Source: an uncultured delta proteobacterium
GTDB lineage: Bacteria; Desulfobacterota; Binatia; Binatales; Binataceae
NCBI GenBank assembly: GCA_963724765.1
Contig: CAVRVY010000004.1
Coordinates: 576,001 to 640,000 of the forward strand
Reading direction: 5' to 3'
DNA length: 64,000 nt
Part shown: one piece after another, positions 10,437-21,125 of the stretch
How positions within the stretch are numbered: the stretch's first letter is position 1
How the letters are laid out: each line of letters begins with the position of its first letter
Made by a program: the position numbers and the translations under genes
Notes under the pieces: model-generated
Databases searched by the model: none
The model's input: the letters and a program-made list of their open reading frames with translations, nothing else
Told to the model about the DNA's origin: nothing

Positions 10437-11306
10437 TTAGCGTACGACTCGCGCGCTCCCGCGTGTCACCCATCTTACGCCCAACTCCAGCGCCAGCACG
10501 ATCGCCGTGAGCACCAGCGCTCCGGCCCACGCCTGACGCTGCCAATCAGGAAAAGGCGAAATCGCGTAGGTATAGACCTGCACCGTGAGCGAGGCGATGG
10601 GGTTGGTGAGCGAGGTCGACCAGAAGCGGTTGCCGAAGGCCGTGAACAGCAGCGGCGCGGTCTCGCCCGCGATCCGGGCGATGGCCAGGATTGCGCCGGT
10701 GGCGATTCCGCTGGCCGCCGTGCGCGCAACCACCCAAAGCGTCGTGCGCCAGCCGGGCACGCCCAGCGCCAGCGCCGCCTCACGCAATTCGTGCGGCACC
10801 AGCAACAGCATCTCCTCGGTGGTGCGCGTCACCAGCGGAATCATGATCACCGCCAGCGCCACGGCGCCGGCCAGCGTCGAGAACCCGCCCATCGGCCGCA
10901 CCACAACCGCGTAGGCGAAGATGCCCACCACGATCGACGGCACGCCCATCATCACGTCGGCGCCAAAGCGCGCCGCGCTGGCTAAGCGGCCGCCCTGATG
11001 CGCCGCCAGGTACAATCCCGAGCCGATCCCGATCGGCACGCCCATCAGGCTCGCCAGCCCGATCAGCTCCAGCGTGCCGACGATCGCGTTGGCCATCCCG
11101 CCGCCCTTCTCGCCCACCGGCGCAGGCATATGGGTAAAGAAGGCCAGGTTGAGGCTCGAGGCTCCCTTGGCGAACAGGTAGGCCAGGATGATGAACAACG
11201 GGAGCAGCGTGATGACGGTCGCGAGCACGGTCACCCCCATCATCAGATCGCTCTTGGCCTTGCGCCACATCGTGCGGCGCGTATGCGCGGCGGATTTGGC
11301 CGTCAC
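10437..11306 (-). CDS. pstA: Phosphate ABC transporter permease PstA
   Basis: GVPSIVVG, LREAALALG, RIAGETAPLLFT; GTG start at 11306 overlaps the pstC stop. Confidence 0.94.
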   Translation of the reverse strand: MTAKSAAHTRRTMWRKAKSDLMMGVTVLATVITLLPLFIILAYLFAKGASSLNLAFFTHMPAPVGEKGGGMANAIVGTLELIGLASLMGVPIGIGSGLYLAAHQGGRLASAARFGADVMMGVPSIVVGIFAYAVVVRPMGGFSTLAGAVALAVIMIPLVTRTTEEMLLLVPHELREAALALGVPGWRTTLWVVARTAASGIATGAILAIARIAGETAPLLFTAFGNRFWSTSLTNPIASLTVQVYTYAISPFPDWQRQAWAGALVLTAIVLALELGVRWVTRGSARVVR

Positions 11307-12298
11307 AGGTCGCCCTCGAAGCGGCGCTGCGTGGCGCCCAGCACCAGGGCGCGCGCCGCGACGTTGAGCGCGAGCCCGACCACCAGCAGCACCAGGCCCA
11401 GTTCGACCAGCGATGAGAGGTAGAGCGTAGAGGTCGCCTCGGCGAACTCGTTGGCGATCACGCTGGCCAGCGTGGCCGAAGGCGCGAACAGCGAGGCCGA
11501 AATCTGCGGCGAGTTGCCGATCACCATCGCCACCGCGATCGTCTCGCCCAGCGCGCGGCCCAGGCCGAACATGATCGCGCCGATCACCCCCGAAAGGCCG
11601 TACGGCAGCACCGCCATCCGCACCATCTCCCAGCGCGTCGCCCCCAGCGCCAGCGCCGCTTCGCGCTGGGTCTGCGGCACGGCGCGGAAGACGTCGGTGC
11701 AGACCGCAGCGATATACGGCACCACCATGATTGCCAGCAGCACTCCCGCGCACAGGATGCTCACGGACACGCGCGGCCCCTGGAAGAGCGGCATAAAGCC
11801 CAGCGCGGCGCCCAGTGGCGGCTCGACGTGATCGCGCAGCCACGGACCGAGCACGAAAATCGCCCACAGCCCGTAAACCACCGAGGGAATCGCCGCCAGC
11901 AGTTCGACCATGAAGCCGAGCCGCCGGCTGAGCCATACCGGCGCCATCTCGCTCAGGCAGAGCGCCACCCCGAGGCTTAGCGGCACCGCGATAATCAGCG
12001 CGAGGGTCGAGGAGACCATCGTTCCATAGATGAAAGGCAACGCACCAAACTGCTCGTTGACAGGGTCCCAATCGGTGCTCACGACGAAGCCCCAGCCGAA
12101 AGCCTTGAGCGACGGCGTGGACTCGATCACCAGCGCGATCGCCAGGCCAACCAGGACGCTCAGGCCGACCAGCGTCAACACAAGCGTGGTCAGGTTGAAG
12201 AGGCGGTCGCCGAACAAACGGACATGAAAGGCGCTGACACGCCCCTGACGTGGTGCCACCGCTACGTTCTCGTGCGTCGCTTCGAGGAGTTCAGCCAA
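11303..12298 (-). CDS. pstC: Phosphate ABC transporter permease PstC
   Basis: ELLAAIPSVVYGLW, EAALALGATRWE, GRALGET; start uncertain (TTG 12298 chosen). Confidence 0.94.
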   Translation of the reverse strand: MAELLEATHENVAVAPRQGRVSAFHVRLFGDRLFNLTTLVLTLVGLSVLVGLAIALVIESTPSLKAFGWGFVVSTDWDPVNEQFGALPFIYGTMVSSTLALIIAVPLSLGVALCLSEMAPVWLSRRLGFMVELLAAIPSVVYGLWAIFVLGPWLRDHVEPPLGAALGFMPLFQGPRVSVSILCAGVLLAIMVVPYIAAVCTDVFRAVPQTQREAALALGATRWEMVRMAVLPYGLSGVIGAIMFGLGRALGETIAVAMVIGNSPQISASLFAPSATLASVIANEFAEATSTLYLSSLVELGLVLLVVGLALNVAARALVLGATQRRFEGDL

Positions 12299-12397
12299 GA
12301 TAAATTGTCTATGACGAAACTGTCCGTTTCGGCCCCTGCAGCCCCGCGCCGTCACCCACCCAAAGGCTACCGCCCGCCGCCATCAAAGGTAACGATC

Positions 12398-12419
12398 AAA
12401 TGTTACAGGCGTGTTAAAC
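12398..12419 (-). promoter_or_regulatory. Putative Pho box
   Basis: Minus strand GTTTAACACGC-CTGTAACATTT: two T(T/G)TAACA units with 11-bp period upstream of pstC. Confidence 0.6.
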
Positions 12420-12470
12420 CGAGGCGAAAATTTGGAATAGGTGCGAGCAAGTGCGCCAGCCGCGTTCCCG

Positions 12471-13745
12471 TTAGCGCGCGCGGATTACGTCCACTCCGCC
12501 CATGCACGGCCGCAGCACTTCGGGCACCACCACGGAGCCATCGGCCTGTTGATAATTCTCCAGCACGGCGATCAGCGTGCGGGGCAATCCCAGGCCCGAA
12601 CCATTGAGCGCGTGAACGAATTCGGGACGCTCGCCCTTATTGCGGCGAAAGCGGACATTGGCGCGGCGCGGCTGAAAGTCCGTGCAGTTCGAGCACGAAC
12701 TGACCTCCAGCCACTCTCCGGACCCCGGCGCCCACATCTCGACGTCGTAAGTCGCCGCGCTCGAGAACCCAAGGTCGGCAGTGCAAAGCTGCACGACACG
12801 AAACGGAATCTTGAGCCGGCGGCATATCTCGCACGCGTTTTCGACCAGCTTCTCCAGTTCCGCGTCGGACGTCTGTGGCGTCACCAGCTTGACCATCTCT
12901 ACCTTGTCGAATTGATGGCCGCGCTTGATGCCGCGGACGTCGCGACCGGCCGACATCTTCTCGCGCCGAAAGCACGGCGTATAGGCGGTCAGATAAATCG
13001 GGAGGCGATCGGCGTCGAGGATTTCGTCGCGGTAGAGGTTGGTGAGCGGCACCTCGGCGGTCGGGATGAACCAGTAGTCTTCCTCGATATCGCGGTACAT
13101 CGTGTCCTGGAACTTCGGCAGATGGCCGGTGCCGGTGGCGGACGCGCTGTTGACCATCAGCGGCGGAATCACTTCGAGGTAACCCTGCTCGAGCGTCTTG
13201 AGGTCGAGCATCCAGGCGATAAGCGCCCGTTCCAGGCGCGCCCCCAACCCCATCAGCACGTAAAACCGCGTGCCGGAGAGCTTCACCCCGCGCTCGAAGT
13301 CGATAATCCCCAGCCGCTCGCCCAACTCCCAGTGCGGCAGCGGTTTGAAGGCGAATTCGACCGGCTGGCCCTCACTGCGAACGATCTTGTTGTCGGCCTC
13401 GCTCTTGCCCACCGGCACGTACGGACGCGGCAGGTTTCGCATCATTAGCATCAACTGCTCGAACTGCCGCTCGACCTCGGCCAGTTCGCGCTCGCCCGCG
13501 GAGATGCGATCGCCGAGCGCGCGCATCTCGGCGCGCCGCCGCTCGCGCTCCTCGGGCGACGCTTTGCCCAACTCGCGCGACTCGCGGGTGCGCTGCGCGC
13601 GCAAATCGTCAAGCTCGTGCTGCAGGCGGCGCCGGCGCGCGTCGGTCTCCAGTATCCGATCGACCTCGGCGGGATCTACGCCGCATTTGGCAAGCTCGGC
13701 TTTAATGAAGTCGGGCTGCTCGCGAATAAGTCGGATGTCGAGCAT
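12471..13745 (-). CDS. serS: Serine--tRNA ligase
   Basis: MLDIRLIR, IPTAEVPLTN, TPCFRRE, RGHQFDKVE, EVSSCSNCTDFQ, LNGSGL. Confidence 0.98.
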   Translation of the reverse strand: MLDIRLIREQPDFIKAELAKCGVDPAEVDRILETDARRRRLQHELDDLRAQRTRESRELGKASPEERERRRAEMRALGDRISAGERELAEVERQFEQLMLMMRNLPRPYVPVGKSEADNKIVRSEGQPVEFAFKPLPHWELGERLGIIDFERGVKLSGTRFYVLMGLGARLERALIAWMLDLKTLEQGYLEVIPPLMVNSASATGTGHLPKFQDTMYRDIEEDYWFIPTAEVPLTNLYRDEILDADRLPIYLTAYTPCFRREKMSAGRDVRGIKRGHQFDKVEMVKLVTPQTSDAELEKLVENACEICRRLKIPFRVVQLCTADLGFSSAATYDVEMWAPGSGEWLEVSSCSNCTDFQPRRANVRFRRNKGERPEFVHALNGSGLGLPRTLIAVLENYQQADGSVVVPEVLRPCMGGVDVIRAR

Positions 13746-14177
13746 TCAGAAAGCGTCCTTCAGGAGTTCGAGATGGCGTCCGGAGCCGTCCTCCAGGATC
13801 GCGACCACGTCAAAGCGTATCGGGTGGTCGTGCGCGCGATGACTCTGCGCGTAGATCTCGCCGGCGCGTCTCAGATGGCGCTGCTTGTAGGAGTTCACCG
13901 CTTCCTGGGGCATCCCGGTTTGCGCCGTGCGCCGGGTCTTGACCTCGACGAACACCAGCGTCTCGCCATCCATCGCGACTAGGTCAATCTCGGCGCCCGC
14001 GCCGCGAAAGTTGCGCTCCAGGATCCGATAACCCTTTCGCCGCAGATGACGCTCCGCAATCCGTTCACCTCGGCGTCCCAGTGCGATCCGGTCCAGCCCG
14101 GCAAACGAACGCCAACCGAAATCGCGCAGATTCGCGAGCTCCTCTATCCAGGCGCGAAGACGAGCGGCCAGCTTCAC
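13746..14177 (-). CDS. yraN: YraN family (UPF0102) protein
   Basis: LGRRGERIA, GYRILERNFR, EIDLVA, LVFVEVKTR, IRFDVVAI. Confidence 0.92.
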   Translation of the reverse strand: MKLAARLRAWIEELANLRDFGWRSFAGLDRIALGRRGERIAERHLRRKGYRILERNFRGAGAEIDLVAMDGETLVFVEVKTRRTAQTGMPQEAVNSYKQRHLRRAGEIYAQSHRAHDHPIRFDVVAILEDGSGRHLELLKDAF

Positions 14178-14271
14178 TGCCCCACAAAGGTAGGTGTCTC
14201 GATGCCCGCTGGCAAGCTGCTGGCGGCGAAAAACCTGACTTGGCGAACCGCGGATGTTAGGATTGTCCGCA

Positions 14272-14568
14272 ATGGCACAGCAGAAGATCAGCCTTGAACA
14301 GGTCCGTCACGTGGCGCGTCTCGCGCGCCTGGAGCTTGCGCCGGCCGAGGAACAGCACCTCCAGGTCGAAATGAGCGAGATGCTCGGCTATGTCGACAAG
14401 CTCAACGAACTCGACACCGACGCGGTCGAGCCGACAGCGCAGGTGGGAGAATCGGGCACGCCGATGCGCGAGGACGCGGTCACCAATCGCCCGGCGGCCG
14501 ACGCGATGCTTGCCAATGCGCCGGCGCGCGAAGGTTTTTTCTTCAAAGTGCCCAAAATTATCGAGTGA
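14272..14568 (+). CDS. gatC: Asp/Glu-tRNA amidotransferase subunit C
   Basis: [19 protein letters not shown]...FFKVPKIIE. Confidence 0.96.
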   Translation: MAQQKISLEQVRHVARLARLELAPAEEQHLQVEMSEMLGYVDKLNELDTDAVEPTAQVGESGTPMREDAVTNRPAADAMLANAPAREGFFFKVPKIIE

Positions 14569-14569
14569 C

Positions 14570-16030
14570 ATGGGATCCGAACTCAACCGGCTGACGATTA
14601 CCGGGGCGCGTGAGCGCCTGCGACGGCGCGAAATCACCTCGCGCGAGCTCACCCGCGACTGCCTCGAACGAATCGCGGCGGTCGAGCCGCGCGTCAACGC
14701 ATTCATCACGGTGTGCGAGACCGAGGCCATGGCGCAGGCCGACGACGCCGACCGCCGCCTGAGCCAGGGCGACGCGCCGGACCTCTGCGGCATCCCGCTC
14801 GGCATCAAGGATATCTACTGCACCCGCGGGGTGCGCACGACCTGCGCCTCGAAGATCCTCGGCGACTTCACCCCGCCGTTCGACGCCACAGTGATCGAAA
14901 AGCTGCGCGCCGCGGGCGCGGTCTTCGTCGGCAAAGCCAACCTGGACGAGTTCGCGATGGGATCCTCGACCGAGAACTCGGCCTTTGGTCCGACGCGCAA
15001 TCCCCACGACCTCGAACGCGTCGCCGGCGGTTCGTCCGGCGGATCAGCGGCGGCGGTCGCGGCCGACGAATGTCTCGCCGCGCTCGGTACCGACACCGGC
15101 GGCTCGATTCGCCTGCCGGCCTCGTTCTGCGGCGTGGTTGGGATCAAACCGACCTACAGCCGCGTGAGCCGCTACGGCGTGATCGCCTACGCTTCGTCGC
15201 TCGACCAGGTTGGTCCGTTCGCGCGCACCGTGCGCGACGCCGCGACGGTGTTGCGCGCCGTCGCCGGCGCCGACCCGCGCGACTCGACCTGCTCGGCGCG
15301 GCCGGTGCCTGACTACGAACGCGCGCTCACCGGCGAGGTCCGTGGGATGCGTATCGGCGTGCCCAGGGAATATTTCGTCGAAGGGATGGACGCCGCGGTC
15401 GAAGCCGCGGTGCGCTGGTCGCTCAAGCGACTGGAGGCGATGGGCGCGCGGACGGTTGAAATTTCTCTGCCCCACACCGGCTACGCGGTCGCGGCTTACT
15501 ATCTGATCGCCACCGCCGAGGCGAGCGCGAACCTGGCGCGCTATGACGGCGTGCGCTACGGCCTTCGCGCCGCTGCCGACAACAATATCGAACTGTACAA
15601 TCGCACTCGTGCGCAGGGCTTCGGCGCCGAGGTCAAGCGTCGCATCATGCTCGGCACTTTCGCGCTCTCGGCCGGCTACTACGACGCCTACTACCTGAAG
15701 GGTCAAAAGGTGCGCACCCTCATCCGGCGCGATTTCGAGCGCGCCTTCGAGAGCTGCGATCTAATTGCGGCGCCGGTCGCGCCGACCACCGCGTTCCGGC
15801 TCGGCGAAAAAACCGACGACCCACTCAAGATGTATCTCTCTGATATATTCACGATCTCGGTGAACCTCGCCGGTCTGCCCGGAATGTCGGTGCCGTGCGG
15901 CGCCGACGCGCATGGGATGCCGATCGGACTGCAGCTCATCGGCCCGCCCTTCGGTGAGGAAGCGATCCTGCGCGCGGGCGATGCATGGGAGCGCTCCGGT
16001 GGCTTTGCGCAGCGCGCGCCGCAGCTTTAG
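14570..16030 (+). CDS. gatA: Asp/Glu-tRNA amidotransferase subunit A
   Basis: Amidase signature [45 protein letters not shown]. Confidence 0.97.
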   Translation: MGSELNRLTITGARERLRRREITSRELTRDCLERIAAVEPRVNAFITVCETEAMAQADDADRRLSQGDAPDLCGIPLGIKDIYCTRGVRTTCASKILGDFTPPFDATVIEKLRAAGAVFVGKANLDEFAMGSSTENSAFGPTRNPHDLERVAGGSSGGSAAAVAADECLAALGTDTGGSIRLPASFCGVVGIKPTYSRVSRYGVIAYASSLDQVGPFARTVRDAATVLRAVAGADPRDSTCSARPVPDYERALTGEVRGMRIGVPREYFVEGMDAAVEAAVRWSLKRLEAMGARTVEISLPHTGYAVAAYYLIATAEASANLARYDGVRYGLRAAADNNIELYNRTRAQGFGAEVKRRIMLGTFALSAGYYDAYYLKGQKVRTLIRRDFERAFESCDLIAAPVAPTTAFRLGEKTDDPLKMYLSDIFTISVNLAGLPGMSVPCGADAHGMPIGLQLIGPPFGEEAILRAGDAWERSGGFAQRAPQL

Positions 16031-16058
16031 ATGTGACGACCGATTTATCAGAGAAACA

Positions 16059-17498
16059 ATGAATAACGACGCATACGAGGCAGTAATCGGGCTCGAAGTT
16101 CACGCCCACATGCTTACGCGCTCCAAGCTGTTCTGCGGATGCGCCACGGACTTCGGCGCGCCGCCCAACCATAACGTGTGTCCGGTATGCATGGCGATGC
16201 CGGGGGTGCTGCCCGTGCTGAATCGTCACGTGCTCGAACTGGCTATTCGGACCGGACTCGCCGCGCATAGCAAGATCGAGCCGCACTCGGTGTTCGCGCG
16301 CAAGAGCTACTTCTATCCCGACCTGCCCAAGGGCTACCAGATTAGCCAGTACGATCAGCCTCTATGCCGCGGCGGCTATATCGAACTTCCGGCGCGCGAG
16401 GGTGTCGAGCCGCGGCAGATTCGGCTCGTGCGGATTCATCTCGAAGAAGACGCCGGCAAGAATATCCATGCCGAGAGTGCGAGCCTGGTCGACCTCAACC
16501 GCTCGGGCGTGCCGCTGATGGAGATCGTCAGCGAGCCGGATATTCGCTCGCCCGAAGAGGCGGTTGATTATCTGCGCGAGTTGCGCGGAATCCTCGTCGC
16601 CGTCGGCGCCTCGGACGGCAAGATGGAAGAAGGGAGCCTGCGATGCGACGTTAACGTATCGGTGCGTCCGCGCGGCGCCACGGAGTTGGGAGCCAGGACC
16701 GAGATCAAGAATCTCAATTCCTTCCGCTTCGTCGAGAAAGCGATCGTGTACGAGGTCAACCGGCAGATTGAAGAGATCGCTGCCGGACGTCGTATCGCGC
16801 AGGAAACCCATTTGTGGGACCCCGAGCGCGAGGTGACGCGCCCGATGCGCTCCAAGGAGTTCGCCAACGACTATCGCTATTTCCCCGAGCCCGACCTGCC
16901 GCCGCTGATCGTGCCAGCGGATTTGGTCGAAGAAATCCGCTCGGCTATGCCAGAACTGCCCGCCCAGACGCGCGCAAAATACGTGAAGGACTTCGGCCTC
17001 TCGCCCTATGAAGTCAGCGTCTTACTCGGTCGTGATGATCTAGGTGACTACTTCGTCAACGTTATCGCCGCAGGGGCCAATGCCAAGAGCGCGGCCAATT
17101 GGGTAATGACTGAGGTCCTGCGCGCGGCCAACGAGTCGGCCAAGCCGCTCACCGATGCGGCGCCCAGCCCGCAGGAGACCGGTGCGCTGCTGAAGATGGT
17201 CGAGGAATCGCGCATCAGTCTCAACGCCGCCAAGAACGCGTTCGCCGCGATGTGCCGTTCGGGCAAGAGTGCGGAGGCAACCGTGACGGAACTCGGTCTC
17301 GCGCAGGTTTCCGACGAAAACGCGATCGCCGAGGCCTGCGATCGGGTGCTGGCGGCGGAAAGCGCCAAGCTCGCCGAGTACCGCGCCGGACGCGACAAGC
17401 TATACGGATTTTTCGTCGGCGCGGTGATGAAAGCGATGGGCGGCAAGGGAAATCCCAAGGTCGTCAACGAGGTCCTGCGCCGCAAGCTCGCCGGCTAA
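16059..17498 (+). CDS. gatB: Asp/Glu-tRNA amidotransferase subunit B
   Basis: VIGLEVH, YFYPDLPKGYQISQ, HLEEDAGK, DYRYFPEPDLPP. Confidence 0.98.
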   Translation: MNNDAYEAVIGLEVHAHMLTRSKLFCGCATDFGAPPNHNVCPVCMAMPGVLPVLNRHVLELAIRTGLAAHSKIEPHSVFARKSYFYPDLPKGYQISQYDQPLCRGGYIELPAREGVEPRQIRLVRIHLEEDAGKNIHAESASLVDLNRSGVPLMEIVSEPDIRSPEEAVDYLRELRGILVAVGASDGKMEEGSLRCDVNVSVRPRGATELGARTEIKNLNSFRFVEKAIVYEVNRQIEEIAAGRRIAQETHLWDPEREVTRPMRSKEFANDYRYFPEPDLPPLIVPADLVEEIRSAMPELPAQTRAKYVKDFGLSPYEVSVLLGRDDLGDYFVNVIAAGANAKSAANWVMTEVLRAANESAKPLTDAAPSPQETGALLKMVEESRISLNAAKNAFAAMCRSGKSAEATVTELGLAQVSDENAIAEACDRVLAAESAKLAEYRAGRDKLYGFFVGAVMKAMGGKGNPKVVNEVLRRKLAG

Positions 17499-17545
17499 AA
17501 GCACACGGCGATGTCGTCTCGGCAGCGGATGCTTGTCCGACGCGC

Positions 17546-18736
17546 TCAACCCTTGGGCAATCCTAACTGGCGCTCGCCGATGATGTTGCGCTGAATCTCG
17601 CTGGTCCCGCCCGCGATCGTGTACTGGCGCGAGCTGAGCACCCGGTTGAGCCATCGCGGCGCGTCAGGCACGTCGCCCATCGGCTCGCTAAGCAGCGCAT
17701 GCTGGCCCAGGAGTTCGCTGGCGAAGCGCGCGATCGCCACTCCCAGCTCCGAACCGGCGAGCTTCAACACCGAGCCCTCCGGTCCCGGCTGCAAACCCTT
17801 GAGCCGGCGCGTGAGCGAGCGCAGCCGCGTGTACTTGAGCGCCTCGCATTCGGTCATGAATTCGGCCAGGCGCTGGCGCACCCATTCCTGCTCCCATGCC
17901 GGGCGGCCGTCGATCCTGACCGCATGTGCCAGTTCCGCGAGCCGGCGCACCTGGGCGGAATGCCCTCCGCCACTGGCCATCCCGCGCTCGAAGCCGAGCG
18001 TGGTCATCGCGACTTTCCATCCTTCATTCTGCGGCCCGACGAGGTTTTTCTTCGGCACCTGGACGTTGTCGAAGAAGACCTCGTTGAAGTGGCGATGGCC
18101 GTTCATCAGGACCAGCGGCCGCACCTCGATACCGGGACTTTTCATTTCGACCAGCAGGTAGCTGATGCCCTTGTGCTTGGGGGCTTCGGGATCGGTGCGC
18201 GTCAGCATGTAGATGCGGTCGGCGTACTGCGCGCCCGAGGTCCATACCTTCTGCCCGTTGACGAGGAAGTAATCGCCGTGGTCGTCCGCGCGGGTCTGCA
18301 ATCCGGCGAGGTCGGAGCCAGCGCCCGGCTCGGAGTAGCCCTGGCACCAGATGTCCTCGCCGCTCAAGATGCGCGGAATGTAGTATTTTTTCTGTTCGTC
18401 GCTGCCCCAGTACATCATCGTCGGCCCGAGCAACTGGAGGCCCGAATAGCCCGGCAGCACAGGCGCGCGCGCCCGCGAGTATTCCTCGTCGAAGATGATC
18501 TGCTCCATCAACGGCGCGGCGCGTCCGCCGTATTCCTTGGGCCACGCCAGGCCCGCGTAGCCCGCGGCGTTGACCTTTGCCTGCCACAGGCGGCGCTTCT
18601 CGAAAACTTCGCGGGTGGCCGCGATCCGCTCGTCCATCGCGTCGTCGACGCACAGTTCGCGCGGCAGGTTGGCGCGCAGCCACTCGCGGACCTCCTTGCG
18701 AAAGGCCTCCTGCTCGAGCGTGTATTCGAAATCCAT
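17546..18736 (-). CDS. Acyl-CoA dehydrogenase family protein
   Basis: WCQGYSEPGAGSDLA, NGQKVWTS, TIAGGTSEIQRNII. Confidence 0.94.
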   Translation of the reverse strand: MDFEYTLEQEAFRKEVREWLRANLPRELCVDDAMDERIAATREVFEKRRLWQAKVNAAGYAGLAWPKEYGGRAAPLMEQIIFDEEYSRARAPVLPGYSGLQLLGPTMMYWGSDEQKKYYIPRILSGEDIWCQGYSEPGAGSDLAGLQTRADDHGDYFLVNGQKVWTSGAQYADRIYMLTRTDPEAPKHKGISYLLVEMKSPGIEVRPLVLMNGHRHFNEVFFDNVQVPKKNLVGPQNEGWKVAMTTLGFERGMASGGGHSAQVRRLAELAHAVRIDGRPAWEQEWVRQRLAEFMTECEALKYTRLRSLTRRLKGLQPGPEGSVLKLAGSELGVAIARFASELLGQHALLSEPMGDVPDAPRWLNRVLSSRQYTIAGGTSEIQRNIIGERQLGLPKG

Positions 18737-18774
18737 TTAGATGCCTTTGTTAGATCGCCTCGGCTATCGTGGCG

Positions 18775-19893
18775 TCAGTTGAGATTGAAAGCGCGCACCG
18801 CGTTGTCCCACAGGATCTTGCGCCTGCTTTGCTGTCCGATCGGCTGGCGCATCATCGCGTCGATCCCCCACGGAAAAGTGCCGTCGGGATGCGGGTAGTC
18901 CGTGTCCCACAGAAAGTTGTCGTCGCCGACCAGTTCGACCGCCGCCTTCATCGTCGGCTCGTCGCCGCGGAACGCAACCCAGAAGTTGCGCTTGAAGTAC
19001 TCGGTCGGCGGTTTGGTCAGGTACTCGTGCTCGGAATTGCCGCCGTAGTTCCAGTGCTGCTCCATCCGCTGGAGCCAGTACGGCACCCATCCGCCGTCGG
19101 CCTCGACGTGGACCACCTTGAGCTTCGGCAGCTTCTCCAGCACGCCGTACCAGATGAGTCCGGTCATCGCCGCCATCGCCTCGAACGGATGGGACAGGAT
19201 ATGGCCGCTGACGTGGGTGTTCATCCGGTCGCCGAACGACGGTACCGAGGACGAGGCCGAATCGTGAGTCGAAATCGGCAGGCCGAGCCTTTCGACCTCG
19301 GCCCACAGCGGCAGGTAATAGTCGTCGAAAATCGAAGAGCCGTCGACCGGGTTGGGCCGCACGTAGAAACTCACCGCGCCCAGTTTGGCCGCGCGGTTCG
19401 CCTCGGCGACGGCCTTGTCGACATCCTGCATCGGCAGGATCGCGGCGGGGTGCAGGCGTTGAGCATCGGCCGAGCAGTACTCGATCGCCCAGTTGTTGTA
19501 GGCGCGGCAACAGGCGGCGAGAAGTTCGGCGTCATTGAAGCGGCGCCCGAGCATCTGGCCGGCGAAGGTCGGATAAAGAATCTGCACGTCGACGCCCTGC
19601 TCGTCCATGTCCTGCAGGCGGCTCTGCGGGCTGAAGCCCGTGGCGCTCGCACGCTTGAAACGCTCCATCGCCTTGGCCACGGTCTTGAAAAACGCCGGCG
19701 CGGCCATCGGGTACTTGCCCTTCTCGCGGGTGAACGGCTCGCCCTCGACCAGGAAAGTGCGCCGGCCCGACGCGGGCGCAATACCCATCCTGGGCGCCGC
19801 GCTCTTGTAGCGATCCTCGATATGTCTCTCCCACAGCCACTCGGGCTCCATCATGTGGCTGTCGACGTCGACGATTTTATAGCCGTCCTTCAT
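18775..19893 (-). CDS. Amidohydrolase_2 family protein
   Basis: VDVDSHMMEP, DMDEQGVDVQILYPT, AYNNW, WDTDYPHPD. Confidence 0.9.
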   Translation of the reverse strand: MKDGYKIVDVDSHMMEPEWLWERHIEDRYKSAAPRMGIAPASGRRTFLVEGEPFTREKGKYPMAAPAFFKTVAKAMERFKRASATGFSPQSRLQDMDEQGVDVQILYPTFAGQMLGRRFNDAELLAACCRAYNNWAIEYCSADAQRLHPAAILPMQDVDKAVAEANRAAKLGAVSFYVRPNPVDGSSIFDDYYLPLWAEVERLGLPISTHDSASSSVPSFGDRMNTHVSGHILSHPFEAMAAMTGLIWYGVLEKLPKLKVVHVEADGGWVPYWLQRMEQHWNYGGNSEHEYLTKPPTEYFKRNFWVAFRGDEPTMKAAVELVGDDNFLWDTDYPHPDGTFPWGIDAMMRQPIGQQSRRKILWDNAVRAFNLN

Positions 19894-19969
19894 CGCTCGT
19901 TACCTCTCGATTCTCAAGTATAACTTTAAGCTGCGCGTGCAATCGCTCCCAGAGCCGCGCGCGGCGGTC

Positions 19970-20989
19970 TCAAGCTTGCGGCACGATCAGCGCCTTGAGT
20001 CCCTGACGCGCCTTCAACAGCTCGAACGCCTCCAGGCCGTGATCCAGATCATAGCGATGTGTGACCATCGGTTTAAGATCGATCGCACCGCTGGCCACCG
20101 TCGCGATTGCGCGCCGCCAGGTCTCCGGCGTACGCACGCGTGAGGGAATGATGCTGACGCCATGGAAGAACAGCGAGCGCAACTCCGTCCCGGCGACGTC
20201 GCGCGCTGGCCATCCCAGTTCGATCAGCGCGCCGCCCTTGCGCACAATATGGCGCGCCGAGTCGAGCGCCCCGGCGGCGTCGAAGACCACGTCGGCACCG
20301 CCCGGCGGCATCAGGCCGCGCACCTGCTCGAGCCAGTCGCGATCGCTCGCGCACACCGTCTTGAAGCCCATCCGGCGCGCGATTTCCAGGCGCTCGGCGT
20401 CGACTTTTAACCCGCTGATGACGATCGAGGTGACGCCGAGCGCGCGCGCCGAAAGCGCCGCGCTGAGCCCGATCGGTCCCGGCCCCTCGACCACTGCGCT
20501 GTCACCGGCGTGGAGTCCCGAAATTTCCACCGCATGCACGCCGGTGGCGAATGGCTCGAGCATCGCGGCGCTCTCCATGTCCATCGATTTCGGCACCAGC
20601 CATGAATTGGTGACCGGCGCGATGCAGAACTCGGCGAAAGCGCCGCTAAGCCGCGTCGGCGCGTCGCAATAATTGAAGCGCCCGGCGGTGCACGGACCGC
20701 ATCGCCCGCACTGGCCAAACGGATCAAGCGCGACGTGATCGCCCGCCTTGAAGCCGCTCACCCGCGCGCCGACCTCGACCACTTCGCCGGCCGGCTCATG
20801 GCCGAGCACCGTGGGCAGGCTCGCAACGGCGCGTTCGGCGCCGAGTTCCCATTCATAGATGTGGAGGTCGGAGCCGCAGATGCCGCAGGCCGCGACCTTG
20901 ACCAGCAATTCGCCCTCGCCCGGACGGGGCACGGGAGTATCGATAAGTTCAGCGCCGGGCGCGGGCCGGGTCTTGGCAATCGCTTTCAT
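19970..20989 (-). CDS. Zinc-binding alcohol dehydrogenase family protein
   Basis: CGICGSDLH, LGHE, CGRCGPC, GPGPIG. Confidence 0.92.
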   Translation of the reverse strand: MKAIAKTRPAPGAELIDTPVPRPGEGELLVKVAACGICGSDLHIYEWELGAERAVASLPTVLGHEPAGEVVEVGARVSGFKAGDHVALDPFGQCGRCGPCTAGRFNYCDAPTRLSGAFAEFCIAPVTNSWLVPKSMDMESAAMLEPFATGVHAVEISGLHAGDSAVVEGPGPIGLSAALSARALGVTSIVISGLKVDAERLEIARRMGFKTVCASDRDWLEQVRGLMPPGGADVVFDAAGALDSARHIVRKGGALIELGWPARDVAGTELRSLFFHGVSIIPSRVRTPETWRRAIATVASGAIDLKPMVTHRYDLDHGLEAFELLKARQGLKALIVPQA

Positions 20990-21125
20990 CAGTTCACCTC
21001 TTAGCCATCATTTAATACGACCCGGTGCCCGCCGCCGTCAAAGGCGCGCCGGAAGCGAGATGTCCTCGCGCGGGCTCCGCTGATTCCACGATGCCGATGC
21101 AAAGTGGCTCTGGGCCCTGCGTGGC

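Noticed and set aside
10437-12071. 544-aa PstA with a long N-terminal extension
   Set aside because: The extension overlaps pstC in another frame; GTG 11306 coupled to the pstC stop is the plausible start.
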